From Deltaproteobacteria bacterium (lineage in GTDB: Bacteria; Myxococcota_A; Polyangia; Fen-1088), in contig JANRKS010000009.1 of assembly GCA_033763315.1 (NCBI GenBank), forward strand, positions 224,001-288,000: a stretch of 64,000 nt of DNA, written 5' to 3'. Below are positions 9,583 to 20,187 of the stretch, piece after piece. Position 1 is the first letter of the stretch. Every line of letters begins with the position of its first letter. A program made the translations under genes and the position numbers. The notes below the pieces were generated by a model. That model saw nothing but the letters and a program-made list of their open reading frames with translations, searched no databases and was not told the DNA's origin.

Positions 9583-11989
9583 CCGCCTGCGCCTGGGCCC
9601 AGTCTAAACGTTCAAGCCAATCTTTGGCGCGCAGACGGCCGCTTTCGCTGCCTGATTCCGATAGTGCCGCTCGCCAAGCGGCCCGCGCGTTTTCGTAAAG
9701 CCCGGCGCGGTAGGCGCTTTGCCCCACAAGCCGCCAGCACTCACGCTGAAATAGCGGCGGCAGTGGTATGGCCATCGGTTTGCCGCTGCGATCGCCTGAC
9801 TCAGGGCAGGCTTGCTGCAACGTTGTAAACGCGAGCGTGGGATCGCGGTTCAACAATTGGCGACCGAGTAGATAAGGGCCAAGCGCTTCGTCAGGAAATG
9901 CCTTTGCGAATTCGCTTAATAGGTAAACGACCAATGCGGGATCCATCGCTTCGGCAGGGCTGTCGCCGAACAAAACGCGCCCTAAGGTGGCGCGCGCCAC
10001 GGGATCCTTGAGCGCCCTCAACCTGGCTACGGATGTGCGCCGATCGGTTTGCTCGGTGGCCAGCTGAAACGCTTCCGTTTCCGCCGCCAGCGCTTGATCC
10101 ACATCTTTGCGCGCCAGCGCCAAACTCGCTTTGAAGCTCGCCACGCGCCGTCGCAAGGGGCGGGTGAGATCTGTGCGCTGTGAGAGCCCCTCGATCGTTC
10201 GCAAGGCAACCTCCGGTTGTTTTGCGGCCACGTGCGCGTACGCCAAAGACAATCGATACCCGGGCTCATCGGGATCGTCGGTGCATACCGACTGCAGAAG
10301 CGCCACGGCCTTTTCCGGTTGATGCGTGCGAAGACGCAGAGCTTCCTGCACCCGCGCGGCCAAATCGCGCGCGCACACTTTTTTGAAGATCGCGGGGCGA
10401 CGATAACGTTCATCCGCGTTGGCTTTTTGATCCTCGTTCAACGGCTGCTGTTGCAAGAACGCCTTCCACCGCGTTTCAAGCTCAGGCAGCGCAGCGCCAT
10501 AACTGCCCACCCAATCGCCGCCCGAACGATACACCTTCTGTAAGGCCGGGGCGCCAAAGCGCTCAAGCACGAAGTGCGTGAATGAGGCGGCCAGCGTGTA
10601 GGCCTGCGGCCCGGCCACCACGGTGAATCCAGCGCCCATGATCTGGGTCAACGAGGGCGCCTGTTTGGACTGCACCAAATGGCGTGCGTCTTGATGAAGC
10701 GTGGCTTGGCCCTCGGGATTCGAAAAGTCAGAAGCCTCGGCAATGCCTTCCACCAAGCCACTGGCCAAGCGCGGCCACGGCCACCAGCGTAAGCTGATGC
10801 CGAACACAGGATCGCCAAAACTGGCGGCAAAAATGTGCGCCATTTCGTGCCGCAGATTTTCAGGCGGAAAATCCGCCACCTGCACGAACATCTCTTGGCG
10901 CCACGGCTTCGTGAACAACGTTGAACCCGCGCCCACCAGATCCTTTTTGGATTCGGCGCTCGGGAACAAGAACACCGTTACGGGCAAACGCGGCTCGGTT
11001 TGCAACGTGTGCTTGAGCTGGTGGTAGCGAAATTCAAGCTCGCTCAAAAACAGCGCCATTTCGGCGGGCGACTGCCCATCACCCGGGCTGCTGAACACGC
11101 GAAAGTGGGCCGTGGTGTGCACACGCGACAAGTGTTGGCGCAAATCCGTTTGTGAGCGACGAAATCCAAATTGGCCGCCAAACGCAAACACGCCGATGGC
11201 CCCTGCCGCCAAAACAAACGCGGTGGTCACGCGGGTGCCAGTGAGTGTTTTGCGCCAACGGCGGTTGCGAATGATGGTCAGGTCCAACCGCGGTGCGTTG
11301 GCGCCACGGACGGTGATCACCAGATCGGCTGCCGCCAAAACGGCCACCAGCCACAGCAAGTTGGCGAGCCGAAACAGCACCAAGCGAGCCGGTGGTGACA
11401 ACGCTTCGTCGTAGATCGGCCCCGGAAAAAAGCCGCCGAAGGGATCGAGCGCATACACGGGCGGATCCACATACACGCGCCAACATGCCCACAACATCGA
11501 AACGATTGGTGCCAGCAACGCCAACCGACGACCCTGACGCACGCTCAGCAAACCACAAAGCATACCAATCGTCGCGGCAAACACGACGCTGGACAGCGGC
11601 AGCAGCGCATAGAAGGCGAACCCAGCGGCGAAGCTGCAGTTGCGGGTGCGCACAGCGTTTAAGCTGATCGCCAGCAGCGGCAACACCAACAAAGACGCGC
11701 CTTTGACCGCGGCCGTGAGGGCCAAGGACCACACCGAGCGGTTGCTGGTGCTCATGGGCGTGCGTCGCGCCTTTGCGACCACATCATGCCCCACATCCGC
11801 GCCCGCGAACGCGGCGATCAGGCCGATGACGAAAGCGAAGTCATATCCCAACAGGTTGTGCAAGGGAACGAAGCACAACACCACGCTGGTGGTGAAAAGC
11901 GCCAACCCCCACACCGCCCCCCGTATCCCACAGGATCTAATTGTGGCACGGAGTGCGTTGACCAGTGTTCCGCGCAGGCCTACCATCAA
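9575..11989 (-). CDS. Multi-TM membrane protein with gluzincin-type zinc peptidase domain and C-terminal TPR-like region
   Basis: About 7 TM helices; LRHEMAH (HExxH) followed by LVEGIAE (third ligand); helical repeats. Exact start uncertain. Confidence 0.75.
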   Translation of the reverse strand: MMVGLRGTLVNALRATIRSCGIRGAVWGLALFTTSVVLCFVPLHNLLGYDFAFVIGLIAAFAGADVGHDVVAKARRTPMSTSNRSVWSLALTAAVKGASLLVLPLLAISLNAVRTRNCSFAAGFAFYALLPLSSVVFAATIGMLCGLLSVRQGRRLALLAPIVSMLWACWRVYVDPPVYALDPFGGFFPGPIYDEALSPPARLVLFRLANLLWLVAVLAAADLVITVRGANAPRLDLTIIRNRRWRKTLTGTRVTTAFVLAAGAIGVFAFGGQFGFRRSQTDLRQHLSRVHTTAHFRVFSSPGDGQSPAEMALFLSELEFRYHQLKHTLQTEPRLPVTVFLFPSAESKKDLVGAGSTLFTKPWRQEMFVQVADFPPENLRHEMAHIFAASFGDPVFGISLRWWPWPRLASGLVEGIAEASDFSNPEGQATLHQDARHLVQSKQAPSLTQIMGAGFTVVAGPQAYTLAASFTHFVLERFGAPALQKVYRSGGDWVGSYGAALPELETRWKAFLQQQPLNEDQKANADERYRRPAIFKKVCARDLAARVQEALRLRTHQPEKAVALLQSVCTDDPDEPGYRLSLAYAHVAAKQPEVALRTIEGLSQRTDLTRPLRRRVASFKASLALARKDVDQALAAETEAFQLATEQTDRRTSVARLRALKDPVARATLGRVLFGDSPAEAMDPALVVYLLSEFAKAFPDEALGPYLLGRQLLNRDPTLAFTTLQQACPESGDRSGKPMAIPLPPLFQRECWRLVGQSAYRAGLYENARAAWRAALSESGSESGRLRAKDWLERLDWAQAQAAN

Positions 11990-11998
11990 ATGATTCTC

Positions 11999-12409
11999 AT
12001 GTCGTTGCAGACGGAACGCAGAAACGAGCCGCGGGCGCCCATCGACTTGCAGGTGGAGTATAAGCGGCTCAACACGTTCTTCTATGACTACACGAAGAAC
12101 ATCTCAAAAGGGGGAACGTTCATCAAAACCGATAGGCCCCTGCCCATCGGAACGATGTTTCTGTTCCGCTTGTTCGTGCCGCGTTTGGAGGCGCCGCTGG
12201 TTCTTCACGGCGAGGTGCGCTGGATTGTGAGCGTCGAAGCCGCGGCGGATGCAAAATCGGAGGAGGGCTCCGAACCCGGCATGGGAATTCGCTTCGTATA
12301 CAATGACGAATCCAGCCGCCAAGAAGTGGATGACAGGGTTGAGCGCTTAATGACCGAAACCTTGGGCCCGCTCATCGCCGCACACTTACGCGGCAACCTT
12401 GAACCCTAA
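11999..12409 (+). CDS. PilZ domain protein (myxobacterial TIGR02266-like)
   Basis: RRNEPR (RxxxR), NISKGGTFI (N-x-S-x-x-G), GEVRW, PGMGIRF; start at ATG 11999 or 11990. Confidence 0.9.
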   Translation: MSLQTERRNEPRAPIDLQVEYKRLNTFFYDYTKNISKGGTFIKTDRPLPIGTMFLFRLFVPRLEAPLVLHGEVRWIVSVEAAADAKSEEGSEPGMGIRFVYNDESSRQEVDDRVERLMTETLGPLIAAHLRGNLEP

Positions 12410-13986
12410 GGCGCGGCTGGTACGTCGCGCGGCCTGTAGACTTCGATCGTTGAGGTGGGGCGCAGGCCACCGGCGTCGGGCGCGCGGCCGCCGATGAGCA
12501 AAGCCGTGCCGTCGGGAAGGTAGGCCACCTTGGCTCCCGTGCGCGGCGCCGCAGGGAGGGCCGGCAACGGCGCCAAAGTCGCAAGATCAAAACGCTCGGC
12601 GTCTGGCACCGGTGCGTTCGTGGCGTCGAGGCCGCCGCATACAACAAGATCATTGCCAAGCACAAAGATGGCCGCGCCACTGCGTGGGCGTTGCAACGGC
12701 AAAGCGAATGGCGTGAACGTGCGGCTCAAAGGTTCGTAGATGCGCACGTCCGCAATGGGTACGCCGCTGGCGTCAACGCCGCCGACGATCAGCTGCCGTC
12801 CGTCGGGCAAAGCAAGCACCGCGTGGTTCACGCGCGGGGGGCCGGCGTCTGCCAGCGCGGCGAATTGGCCCAGCGTTGCGTCGTAAACCTCGGCCACAGG
12901 ACCCGCAGGATCGAATGTACCGCCGAACAAAAGCACATCGGTGCGGAGCACGGCCGGCGCCGTGGCCGTGGGGGGAACGTTCACGTTGATGACGGTGGCC
13001 GTGTGGCCCGAGCGCGGGGCCAGCATCGACGGACCAAACAATGAAACCACGCCCGCGGCCAACGCAGGGTTGATTAGCACCACGGAGGACAGCGTTTTGA
13101 CCGCGGCAGGCATTGTGCTGTCGGGCACCGTTTGACCGCCAAAGGCAAGCAGCACGGCGGCGCCCGCCACAGGCACTTCGGCGAGCACGGCGCCTTCGCG
13201 CGGCACCTGCGTCGCCTCTGGCGCGGGCGTGTATGTTGCCGTCAAACCCATCGTCACTTCGTTGAGCAATTGATCGGTGCCGATTTGGTTGGCGACGCCA
13301 CTGAAGGTCAACGGTGGTCCCTCCGTGCGGCCGCCGAAGAACCAGATGGTGCCGTCAGCGCGCGCCAACACGGCGGCGCCTGTGGCCGTGGCCGTAAACA
13401 GATTGGGTGTGACCACTGCATGTAGATACGGGTTGTAAAGCACCGCCACGCGTGTGGGCTCTTCGTTGCCTGCCGTGTTGATCGTCTTGCCGCCCAATAT
13501 CACCGGCACGGCGACGGCCTGGGGCTCTTCGGGCTCTTTGATGGCCGCCGTGACGACCGCGCCGTCTGCCAGACGCGGAATCAGCGGATCTTCTGATGCG
13601 GATGCCAAGCTGCCCAGTGTTTGCACCAAGACAAACAACTGAATCGTTTGGTTGACCAAGCGGATGCGCGGCGAACGACCGTAAGCGATCAAGCCCTGCG
13701 GCCCATTGACCTTCACGACGAACGTCGCCGCTTTCACTTTGCGCGAATCCAACCCGCGCAACGAAAGCGTTGGCAACTGACCTGCGGTGACCGCAACCGT
13801 GGTTTGTAAACCCGAGCCCACCGCTTCAAGCGATACGGACGTAGCGCCTGTGAGTGGCGTTTGCCCTGGTAAGGCCAGAAGCTTGACGTTGTATTCGGGC
13901 TGAATGTTGTCGCTGCAAGCGGGCAGGGTGGCGAGCGCGAGCCACGCCGTCAGCAACAGAGACGTTAAGGAGAATGGTTTAAGCAA
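12406..13986 (-). CDS. Kelch-repeat (beta-propeller) lipoprotein
   Basis: Lipobox LPAC; repeats PRSGHTAT..LFGG, PRVNHAVL..IVGG, PRSGAAI..VCGG. Confidence 0.85.
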   Translation of the reverse strand: MLKPFSLTSLLLTAWLALATLPACSDNIQPEYNVKLLALPGQTPLTGATSVSLEAVGSGLQTTVAVTAGQLPTLSLRGLDSRKVKAATFVVKVNGPQGLIAYGRSPRIRLVNQTIQLFVLVQTLGSLASASEDPLIPRLADGAVVTAAIKEPEEPQAVAVPVILGGKTINTAGNEEPTRVAVLYNPYLHAVVTPNLFTATATGAAVLARADGTIWFFGGRTEGPPLTFSGVANQIGTDQLLNEVTMGLTATYTPAPEATQVPREGAVLAEVPVAGAAVLLAFGGQTVPDSTMPAAVKTLSSVVLINPALAAGVVSLFGPSMLAPRSGHTATVINVNVPPTATAPAVLRTDVLLFGGTFDPAGPVAEVYDATLGQFAALADAGPPRVNHAVLALPDGRQLIVGGVDASGVPIADVRIYEPLSRTFTPFALPLQRPRSGAAIFVLGNDLVVCGGLDATNAPVPDAERFDLATLAPLPALPAAPRTGAKVAYLPDGTALLIGGRAPDAGGLRPTSTIEVYRPRDVPAAP

Positions 13987-14019
13987 GACCGGAATATAGC
14001 AAGCGGCGCTCGGGTGGGC

Positions 14020-15534
14020 CTAGCCGATGTTCCAGTCTTCCTTGACGGGATCTCCCTCTTGAAAGCGGCTCGGCCGCCAGGTGTGAAACAGCTTGTGGGT
14101 GGCCTTACCCGCAACGTGCGCCGCAAAGTGTTTGGCCACCACCGGCGCCATCATGAAGCCATGCCCCACGAAGCCGCAACACACGTAAAAGCCGGGGCGT
14201 TCCCGGACTTCACCCACCAAAGGGCTGCCGTCCGGGCTGTGGTCGTAAGGCCCTGCCCATTGGCGCACCACTTTGACGCTTCCCAACCGTGGCAGCAGCT
14301 GCACCAGCTCGTGCGCCATCGTGGTCAGAAAATCCCACTGCGATCCAAGCGCAATGGTCCGTGCCGCTGATAGCGCCTCATCATTTGCACCATGGTGCGT
14401 GATGCCGCCCACGATCTCGCCGCGCAGAGACTGCGAAGCGTAAAGGCCGGAATCCATCATCGACACCATCGGCTTCAAAAAGGGCTTCAGACCTTCGGTG
14501 GAAAAAATTTCGTGACGGGCCGGCCACGTGGGTAAGGCGATCCCCAAGTGCGCCGCCACTTGGGCCGACCACGCGCCCGCCGCGTTGATCACGCGCTTGG
14601 CGCCGAAGCTGCCGCGCGGTGTTTGCAACACATACCCATCGTCGATGGCTTCCAAGTGAGTGACCGGGCAGAAGGTGTGAACAGGCACGCCTTTGGCGGC
14701 GGCGGCGGCGGCATAGCCCCACAGAAATGGCCACGGGAACACGATGCCATCGGTGGGGTTGTAACAAGCGCCCAGCAAGCCTTCGGTGTGAAGCTCGGGC
14801 ACGATGTCGGTGGCTTCACGCACGGAAATCATGCGCGTGGGCACGCCGCACTTATTCTGCAAAGCCACGTTTTTTTCCATGCGTTGCAAACGCGCGGGCG
14901 TGTTGGTGAGAAACAGGTAGCCGCCCTGGCGCATCCAAATGTTGGTGTGCAAACGTGCGGCGAACGAGCGGCACAATGCCACCGATTCCTGCATGAGCTC
15001 GATGTTCAAGGCGCTGGACCACTGCTGGCGCACGCCGCCCCCGTTGCGGCCTGAAGCGCCCGACGCCAGGTGGCTGGCCTCAAGAACAACAACATCGGTG
15101 ACACCAAGTTCGGCCAGTTCGTACGCGATGGCCATTCCCATGATGCCACCACCGATGATGGCGATGTCGCACGTCGTGGTGACGCGTGCGCTGGGGGAGC
15201 GCTTGACGTTCGAGAGCACGGGCGGTGGGGGAACGACCGGTGCGGGCGTCGTCTCAAGGGGAGGTTGCGGCTGCCGTCGCGCCAACGCCGCCAAAGGCAC
15301 TGGTGCCAGAGGCGGACGCGCGGTGAATGGCTGGCAGCTCTCAATCGGTGAACCGGTGCATTTTGCGAGGTGCTCGGCCACCAACCGCAAACAATCTTTG
15401 CCCTGGCAGGGGCCCGTGCCGAAGCCGGTGTAGCGTTTCACCTCTTCAAGGCTGCCAAAGCCCGTGTTGACCGCCTTCGCCACATCGGCGGCGGTAACGT
15501 CTTCACAGCGGCAAAGGATGACCTTGCTTTGCAT
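14020..15534 (-). CDS. BFD-like [2Fe-2S] domain fused to a DAO-family FAD oxidoreductase (sarcosine oxidase beta/HcnC-like)
   Basis: CRCEDV...GTGPCQGKDC; IIGGGIMG, ASGRNGGG, WAGPYD, GHGFMMAP; start set at ATG 15534. Confidence 0.9.
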   Translation of the reverse strand: MQSKVILCRCEDVTAADVAKAVNTGFGSLEEVKRYTGFGTGPCQGKDCLRLVAEHLAKCTGSPIESCQPFTARPPLAPVPLAALARRQPQPPLETTPAPVVPPPPVLSNVKRSPSARVTTTCDIAIIGGGIMGMAIAYELAELGVTDVVVLEASHLASGASGRNGGGVRQQWSSALNIELMQESVALCRSFAARLHTNIWMRQGGYLFLTNTPARLQRMEKNVALQNKCGVPTRMISVREATDIVPELHTEGLLGACYNPTDGIVFPWPFLWGYAAAAAAKGVPVHTFCPVTHLEAIDDGYVLQTPRGSFGAKRVINAAGAWSAQVAAHLGIALPTWPARHEIFSTEGLKPFLKPMVSMMDSGLYASQSLRGEIVGGITHHGANDEALSAARTIALGSQWDFLTTMAHELVQLLPRLGSVKVVRQWAGPYDHSPDGSPLVGEVRERPGFYVCCGFVGHGFMMAPVVAKHFAAHVAGKATHKLFHTWRPSRFQEGDPVKEDWNIG

Positions 15535-15548
15535 GCAGCGTGCTGTCG

Positions 15549-16325
15549 CTATTTGGCGCTGGCAGACTTGGCGGGTTTGGGCAACGCAAACTGCGCGGCT
15601 TTGGTGGGGACGTCCCACGTGGCGTTGACGATCGTGACCACGAAGGTTGCTGGGCCCGCGGTGGTCTCTTGCGTATAGGGAAACATCACGCCGCCAAACG
15701 AACGGTAATCAGACGCGCGCGTGGTGTAGGGCGTATCGCCCTGAGGCGAGGCCTTTTTGCCTTGCTCAAGCAGCAACAAGTGCGATGTGGTGTCGAAGCA
15801 GAACGTCGTGGGCGCGCCCGCTTTATACGTCACTTCGATGCACTCCAGTTTCTCTGCCGGTGCGGCCACGACCTTTGCGCCGGTGGTGTGATCCAAAAGC
15901 CGCAGGTAGCCCATCCATGATCCCGCCGTCAGTGCCTGTTCGGCTTCGGCGCCGCTTAACCAGCGCAAACCATCGATCGGATCTTGCGACCAAAACCGTT
16001 TGCCATCGCCACCGCGTTTCATCGTGAGCATGTTGGGCAGATCGCCCGTCTCAAGGTATTCGCCTTTGTTGGTCCACAACGCGGTGGCTGTGCCCGTCAG
16101 GCCCAAACCACGCACCTCAAGCTGCATCGACATGAACAACGATTTGTGTTTTTTCCACGGCGACGTTCCTCCGGATGCCGCGATGAAATCAGCCACGATT
16201 TGGTCCACGCTCCTGGTGGCCGCGGGCGCTTGCGCTTTGGCCGGGACCGCGCCGGCCTGCGCGCAGGGCAGCAGCGCCACGGCCGCCAAAACACAATGAA
16301 CAACACGAGACGATCGTGAGATCAT
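15549..16325 (-). CDS. Secreted beta-rich protein, LolA-like/DUF620-like
   Basis: Signal peptide; FIAASGG, FDTTSHLLL and SDYRSFGGVMFPY patterns; start overlaps the S41 gene stop (ATGA). Confidence 0.65.
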   Translation of the reverse strand: MISRSSRVVHCVLAAVALLPCAQAGAVPAKAQAPAATRSVDQIVADFIAASGGTSPWKKHKSLFMSMQLEVRGLGLTGTATALWTNKGEYLETGDLPNMLTMKRGGDGKRFWSQDPIDGLRWLSGAEAEQALTAGSWMGYLRLLDHTTGAKVVAAPAEKLECIEVTYKAGAPTTFCFDTTSHLLLLEQGKKASPQGDTPYTTRASDYRSFGGVMFPYTQETTAGPATFVVTIVNATWDVPTKAAQFALPKPAKSASAK

Positions 16326-17764
16326 AGCTTGCCTTTGCTTCGAACAATGGTGAGCGCCGCTTCGAGCACGGGATCCATGCCTTGCGCCAACGCCGCGGGG
16401 GTTTCAAGCACTTGTCGATCCGGGATGACACCGCGGCCCTCCAAGGCCACGCCCTTGGGCGTCTTAAAGTCGGCAACCACATATTGTAAGACGGCGCCGC
16501 CGGGCAGCGATTCAATCACCGAGGGCAGCGCTTGCCCCAGCGTCACTTGCCCCACCACATGCGCGCGCCCTGCCTCTTGAAGGCCTGCAGCGAAGATCTC
16601 AGAGGTCGAGGCGGTGCCTTCGTCGGTCAAGATCACCACGGGCCCTAAATACGGTGTCACGTCCAGCGATGGTTCCGCCACGAGACTGTTCTGGTGATCG
16701 CGATGAGCCAAGGTGCCAAGCGGCGTGCGCTTGTTCACGAGCTGTCGCACAAGCGGTATGGCCATGGCCGCCACGCCACCGGGGTTGCCACGCAAGTCGA
16801 TGACGATGCCTTTGACTTTGCGGACGCGAAACTGTTCGATCGCGTCGGCCACCTTCTTGAGCACGGGCTCAAGAAGGAAATAGTTGAAAGCCACCACACC
16901 CACGTCCCCCACTTGCCGCGAAGAGACCTCAGGGTAAAGCGGGCCGAGATTGCCGATGCGCATCGCGGATTCGGCGTGGGCGTCACGGCGCAAAAGCACG
17001 TCTTTGGTTGTGGCGCCCTCGACGATCCGCAAGGTGACTTGGCTGCCCACGGGGCCCGACAACGCCTGCATCGCCGCCCGACGCAGGTAAAACCGCTCCT
17101 CCACCGGCCGCATCGCGCGCCTCGATTTTAAGGTGGCCAAAGGGCGCCCTCCCACGTGGCTCACAATCGTGCCAGTCCGCAAGCCCGCCCGTGCCGCCGA
17201 TGAGTTGGGCCGCACCGCTGTGATGGTGGGAGCCCCGGCGCCCGGCCCGATCACACGAATGGTCAAACCTGGATCACCCAAGGAACCCACGGAGCTTGCG
17301 CTGACGCCGCCGCCATCGACGCCCTCGTCAGGGTTGACGCCGAATTCTGATTCATCGCCCGGGCCTGTCAGGAACAGGTGCGACTGTTTCAGCTCGCCCA
17401 ACATGTCGTTCATCACACGGTAAAACGTTGGCTCGTCGGGGGCACCCATGGCGCGGGCTTCGTAACGTGCGCGCACCGCCTGCCAGTCGACGCCGCCCAA
17501 CGTTGGATCGTAATGCTTATCCCGCAGTGTGGTCCACGTGGCGTCGAATATGGCGGCGCGCGTGCCCGCGTAAACGGAGCGGCTTTCGGGTTTGACGGTG
17601 GCCGCGCCGCTGGGGGTGAAGCGAGGGGGCTCCACCACGGCACCGTTGCCCTGGGGGGCCGTGCCACCACCGGCGGGCGGCGTCTTGCCTGCACACGCCG
17701 CAAGACCCGAAAGCGCAATCACACAGAAGGGGGCAACACCAACGCGACGAAGACGACGGAGCAT
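16322..17764 (-). CDS. S41 family peptidase lipoprotein with PDZ domain
   Basis: Lipobox LAAC; DLRGNPGG, TASTSE (catalytic Ser), LEGRGVIPD; PDZ AVRPNSSAARAGL. Confidence 0.92.
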   Translation of the reverse strand: MLRRLRRVGVAPFCVIALSGLAACAGKTPPAGGGTAPQGNGAVVEPPRFTPSGAATVKPESRSVYAGTRAAIFDATWTTLRDKHYDPTLGGVDWQAVRARYEARAMGAPDEPTFYRVMNDMLGELKQSHLFLTGPGDESEFGVNPDEGVDGGGVSASSVGSLGDPGLTIRVIGPGAGAPTITAVRPNSSAARAGLRTGTIVSHVGGRPLATLKSRRAMRPVEERFYLRRAAMQALSGPVGSQVTLRIVEGATTKDVLLRRDAHAESAMRIGNLGPLYPEVSSRQVGDVGVVAFNYFLLEPVLKKVADAIEQFRVRKVKGIVIDLRGNPGGVAAMAIPLVRQLVNKRTPLGTLAHRDHQNSLVAEPSLDVTPYLGPVVILTDEGTASTSEIFAAGLQEAGRAHVVGQVTLGQALPSVIESLPGGAVLQYVVADFKTPKGVALEGRGVIPDRQVLETPAALAQGMDPVLEAALTIVRSKGKL

Positions 17765-17896
17765 GGAGGTTCACTTTAACCCAGGTGCGCAACCAGCGCT
17801 TGCCCACCCGCGTGCGTTGCTTCGCTTGCGCGCCCGCTGTGTGACAGTGGTGGCCCCCCTTTGCTTTTTTTTTGTCCCGCTGGTAAAGCCGAGGCC

Positions 17897-18771
<875 letters not shown>

Positions 18772-18775
<4 letters not shown>

Positions 18776-20118
18776 CGCTCATCGCCCGCCCGAAGCGACA
18801 AACCCACGGCTGCGCCCACCGCGCGTCCGTGGGTTTCCGCATTTTTAGGACCCATGTAGCCTGTAACATCGCCGGCCACGAAGACGCCTCGTGCGCTGGT
18901 GGTTCCATCGGCGTTGGCTTGCACAGCAAAGCCGCCCAATGACGGCTGCATCGTTACCGCGAGGCCGTGCTGCCGTGGCAGCTCAAACGCAGGGGCGGGC
19001 AGGGCGGCTACAGCCAGCGTTGTCTTGGCGTCCACTCTCACGTCATGCGTTGGATCGGCGCTTGCCTCGACGCGCGTGACCGCCACGCCCAACGCTTGCA
19101 AAGCCATCTGCAAACGGTTGGCGTATTCGAAGGGGCGCTGCGGATCCACGAGCAGCTTCACTTTCTTTGACGGCAAAATGCCTTGCGTGAAAACCAAGCG
19201 GCCAAACGCGCGCGCGGCCATCACGCCGGGCGCGTCGTTGCTCGCAAATGGCAGGTTCTGTTCATACGCGCCTGTGGCAAAAACAAACCGGCGCGCACGC
19301 ACCACCGCTGCGTGTGTGGGGCGCAACACAGCCAACACCCCAGGTACGGCGTCGGTCACGCCGGCCGGAACGGGTGCATCATCTTCGGGATAATGGCCAA
19401 GCGCCGTGCTGGCGGACCACAGCTGAACGCCCAGCCTCTGCAGCAGGGTCTGCTGTGGCTCCACGCACGTTTTGCCTTCGGGTTCCGCCAACCATGATCC
19501 ACCCACCACCCGTTGTTGATCGATCACCAAAACGCTTGCGTGTGGCGCCTGCTCTGCGATCGCTGCAGCGGCGGTCAAACCCGCGGGCCCCGCGCCCACG
19601 ATGCACACGTCAAAGAACGCTTCGCGTAGCGGCCCGAACCGCGTGTCGGGCACATCTGGCAAGGTGCCCGTACCGCCCATCTGTCGCACAAGCTTCAAGA
19701 ACATCGCGTTGCCCACGCGCGTGCCTGTCATCATGTGGTGATGATCCATGCCGCCGGGGAACAACCAGTCGGCGGCGCGCAACATATCTACGTCGGCATC
19801 GGGGAATGCGTTTTGCCGCTCGCAGCGCGTGTGCGCGAACGCCGGCTCCATGCACGCGCGCACGTTTGGACGGCCGTTGACGCGCACAAGGCACGTGGCG
19901 CATTGACCGGCAAAACAAAACGCACCACGGGGGCGGTGGTATTTCGGCGAACGAGACAGCCTCAGCACACCGGCCGCCAACAGGGCTTCGGCGATCGTTT
20001 CACCCTCGTGCGCGGCCACGGGCTCCCCTTCGAATTCAAAGGTGAACTCATTGCCGCGAGGGGCGACAAAAGGGCCTGTGAGGCGTCGGTTGCTTTCAGA
20101 GCGTTGCTTGGGTGCCAT
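18772..20118 (-). CDS. [2Fe-2S] ferredoxin plus FAD/NAD oxidoreductase (sarcosine oxidase alpha N-terminus/HcnAB-like)
   Basis: GETIAEALLAAG, HRPRG, CFAGQCATC...RAC; IVGAGPAG, ATGAYE, VFVAGD. Confidence 0.88.
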
Positions 20119-20187
20119 GGCAACGCGGCTCTTTTGACCGCGCTGCCTTCACGATACCACCAAAGCGCCGGCCATCCCGTGGTGCGG

